A DNA stretch of 64,000 nt from Squalus acanthias (lineage: Eukaryota): assembly GCA_030390025.1 (NCBI GenBank), contig CM059446.1, positions 25,420,001-25,484,000 of the forward strand, read 5' to 3'. Positions 61,021-64,000 of the stretch are shown here, piece by piece; the stretch's first letter is position 1, and the number at the start of each line of letters is the position of its first letter. The notes under the pieces were generated by a model. The model ran no database searches. It was not told where the DNA came from and saw only the letters and a list, made by a program, of their open reading frames with translations. The translations under genes were made by a program, and so were the position numbers.

Positions 61021-62949
61021 GGTTTCATGTCCCAGAGTCATCTGTCACTTCAATCTGCCTACGTGGCATAAGTTTTCCAGAGTTAGTATCTATTTTGCCT
61101 GCTATGGTTAAATCTCAGTTTTGTCAGTCTAACTGGGTTCTGCGTAGTGTAATCATCCCGTTACAGTTAAGGTCGACTTTGTCAATTGGTCACTCCGATC
61201 TGCCTGCCCCAGTTGGACAGAGTTTTTTCTGTCCTAGTAGATCACTAGGAGAACTTTTGACTCAGTTGGCGTTTGGGCTGCTCGTTGAGTCAGTGACTGA
61301 GTGACATGTGGACCTGGAAGGTCTCAGTTATGGTCTCCGATCTGTGCCGAGTTGGTTGATGTCAGTCAGGACTGTGGTATGGGAGCTTAATGAGTCTCGG
61401 CATCTCTGGCCCAAAGTGAGGGAACCTCAACTAGGGTTCCTACTCTTGATTGGCACCCAGTGCCTCCCTCGCTGGATAGTATGTCACGTGTGGTTGTTGG
61501 CTGAGGGTGAGGGGCAGAATCAGCTGTGATGCTCCCCATGGTCAATAACTTCCCCGGCATTCACTGTCTAGGCTCGCCCACAAAGAATGGCGACTTGGGT
61601 AGGGTACCAGATGGTAAAAAAGTGGGGAGTGCTGTGGAATCATATCTGAGTAAGAATCAGTGTCTTCAGGAGACCATTGGAGAAAATAGGAGGAAAAGCA
61701 AGCCTCTCAATTTCCCTACAAGTCTACCACCAACCATCAGAGAGGGCAACAGTCAAGACTGCCTGCCCTATCTTACTGAAGGAATAGGTGGGGCGATGAA
61801 CGAGCTCAGAGAGTAGAGTGGTGCGGGTGGGGGGGAACGAAACAGGGGGGGGGGGAAGGGACTGAAAGGAACGGCTAAGGCATTCAACTATTTAAAATAA
61901 CTGGCTGTGTGGTTCTGGCGATATTAGAATCTCTGAGCACATTCAACAGACAGACACCTAGCAAAAAAACCCAAAGCTTTCTTATGCAGATCGTATAATG
62001 AATTCCCTGAAGATTCTATTCAGCCTCGTCCCCCTTCCCCCAACCCATACCCACCCGAGCATAACACCGACCAACCACTCCCCCCCCCACCGCAAAAAAA
62101 AATAAAATCTTGCTTCCCTTTCAGTGAAGTTTATTAATTGATTCAATGAAGCACGTATTGAACAGAAAGAGGGGTTCCCACTCAAAGGCCTGACCTACAC
62201 TTTTGTCACTGTTGTCTTATACAATTAATCTTGGGTGAAATGATTAAGAAGAGTTAGGATAATTACATGTCAAGATGATGTAGCAAGCCACCCAGGTCAG
62301 CCGCAGAAAGCACTGGTGATGTGTTAGATGCTTTCACTCCATTTCGGAGAGAGGGGAAGGGAGAAGAAATGATTTTTTAGCCTCGAGCCTTACAGATTAT
62401 AGACTCAGTGCACACAGCACAGCTCTCCATTTTAATTTTATTGAATAAACATTATTATAAGTAGAAAGAAATACAAAAATCAATCAATTCCGACACATTC
62501 ATACAGAACAACAAATGAGCTAGATAGAAACCTGATGCCGACCCAGGGCTGAGTGCTATTATGATTACGAAGCCACTGAACTTTCACATTGCACAGAGAA
62601 AATTAAAAAAAAAACGTAGAATTACAAGCGAAATGAAAATTAAACCCGAGAGTTTTAAAACTGCCAACAATCAAGCGAGGGAATGTTGTGTGTGTCAGGC
62701 ATCGATGTTTCGACACGCAGAGAGTGGCGTTGACCAATGAAGCTTGTCATTCAGAAAATAAAAGTCAGTCAGGATTCCTGCCCCAGTCCCTATCCAGTGA
62801 TTCCTGCTGGAAAGAGTGTGTGTGTAAACGTTGGGTGTAAAATTGAGTTTGCAGTGCCTTCCGTGGTGAAATAGCCAACACTCGCTGTCTAGACTCACAC
62901 ATAAAGAATAGTTAGTTGGAAGTTGCCTATGCACCAACACACGTGATTT

Positions 62950-63270
62950 CGGATGAGACGTTAAACCGAGGCCCCGTCTGCTCTCTCAGGTGGATGTAAA
63001 AGATCCCATGGCACTATGTCGAAGAAGAGCAGGGGAGTTATCTCTGGTGTCCTGGCCAATATTTATCTCTCAATCAACATCACAAAAAAAAACAGATTGT
63101 CTGGTCATTATCACATTGCTGTTTGTGGGAGCTTGCTGTGTGCAAATTGGCTGTCACGTTTCCTACATTACAACAGTGACTATACTTCAAAAAGTACTTC
63201 ATTGGCTGTAAAGCGCTTTGGGACGTCCTGAGGTCTTGAAAGGCGCGATTTAAATGCAAGTCTTTCTTTC
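62950..63270 (+). mobile_element. 5'-truncated SacSINE1-like SINE
   Basis: High similarity to the reverse complement of 5191-5505. Confidence 0.85.
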
Positions 63271-63768
63271 TCACAAACTCTCTCACTCACACATCTCGTG
63301 TTTATAAGTAAATCTAAATTCACTCTCACACAGCGCATCTTGTGATCCAATATATCAAGATGGCTGCAGAACAAAGTGCGTGTTACAAGTTTTTAAAAAA
63401 AAACACTTCAACCTTTTGCAGACTGGATTCGCACACGTCAGGAGGGGAGGGGAGGCGAAAGGAAGAGGGAAGAGAAAATAGGCAATAAATAAATAAAATG
63501 TACTAATGAATTAAAATTTAAAAAGTGACTCCTCTTAACCATTTTTACAATCACTCATGCTTGCATACTCACACATTGATATTAATCTGCACTTCTCCTT
63601 ATGCACTCAGACACACTAATAAATATGGGCACAAACACACGCACCCACATATTAACACCACTCACTTATGTACTGATACACTCACAAATGCTGACACTTT
63701 TACACACAATAAGACTGACACACTTGAACATATACTTGCACACTCAACAGTCCAGCTCCCACACACAT

Positions 63769-63955
63769 TGGGCTACAGTTTGACATTGTGCGATAGTGTA
63801 AAATGGGTGATAGCGAATCGGCAGCCTGTTTTATGTCTCTCCCAATTTTTATTTCTATCGTGTTCAATGGAAATAAAAATGGGGAGAGGTGTAAAACGGG
63901 CGGCCAATTCGCAATCACCCATTTTACACCATCGCACAAAGTCAAGATCTACCCG
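63769..63955. mobile_element. Fully palindromic MITE in intron 5
   Basis: Outer arms pair at 36/40 by manual comparison (63779-63818 with 63907-63946), and pairing continues to a tiny central loop near 63862. Confidence 0.85.
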
Positions 63956-64000
63956 ATTTGATTCATAGACAACAATTACATTCGCACTCCTATTCAGACA

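Overview
Vertebrate, very probably shark (chondrichthyan), genomic DNA, judged from its CR1/L2 LINE and tRNA-derived SINE families. The window holds the 5' part of a Pax2 gene on the + strand. Coding exons 1-5 can be assembled by eye with canonical GT-AG junctions (41125-41167, 44243-44408, 47133-47330, 52728-52813, 58222-58344). They give [24 protein letters not shown]...paired domain...YSINGILG octapeptide...KRKRDE; the rest of the gene lies beyond the window. The first ~21 kb is TE-rich: a CR1 nested inside another CR1, further CR1/L2 fragments, SINEs, palindromic MITEs and minisatellites. About 21.4-51.5 kb is almost TE-free and CpG-rich, as expected of a developmental-gene regulatory domain. 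I found no new protein-coding system, and nearly all short six-frame ORFs are spurious. The best leads are regulatory and splicing-related: a candidate distal, possibly bidirectional promoter near 29.3 kb with two phase-compatible alternative first exons, a cluster of antisense splice donors next to it, and an in-frame upstream acceptor that would extend exon 2 by 15 aa. Repeat boundaries are approximate and family names are from memory, not database searches.
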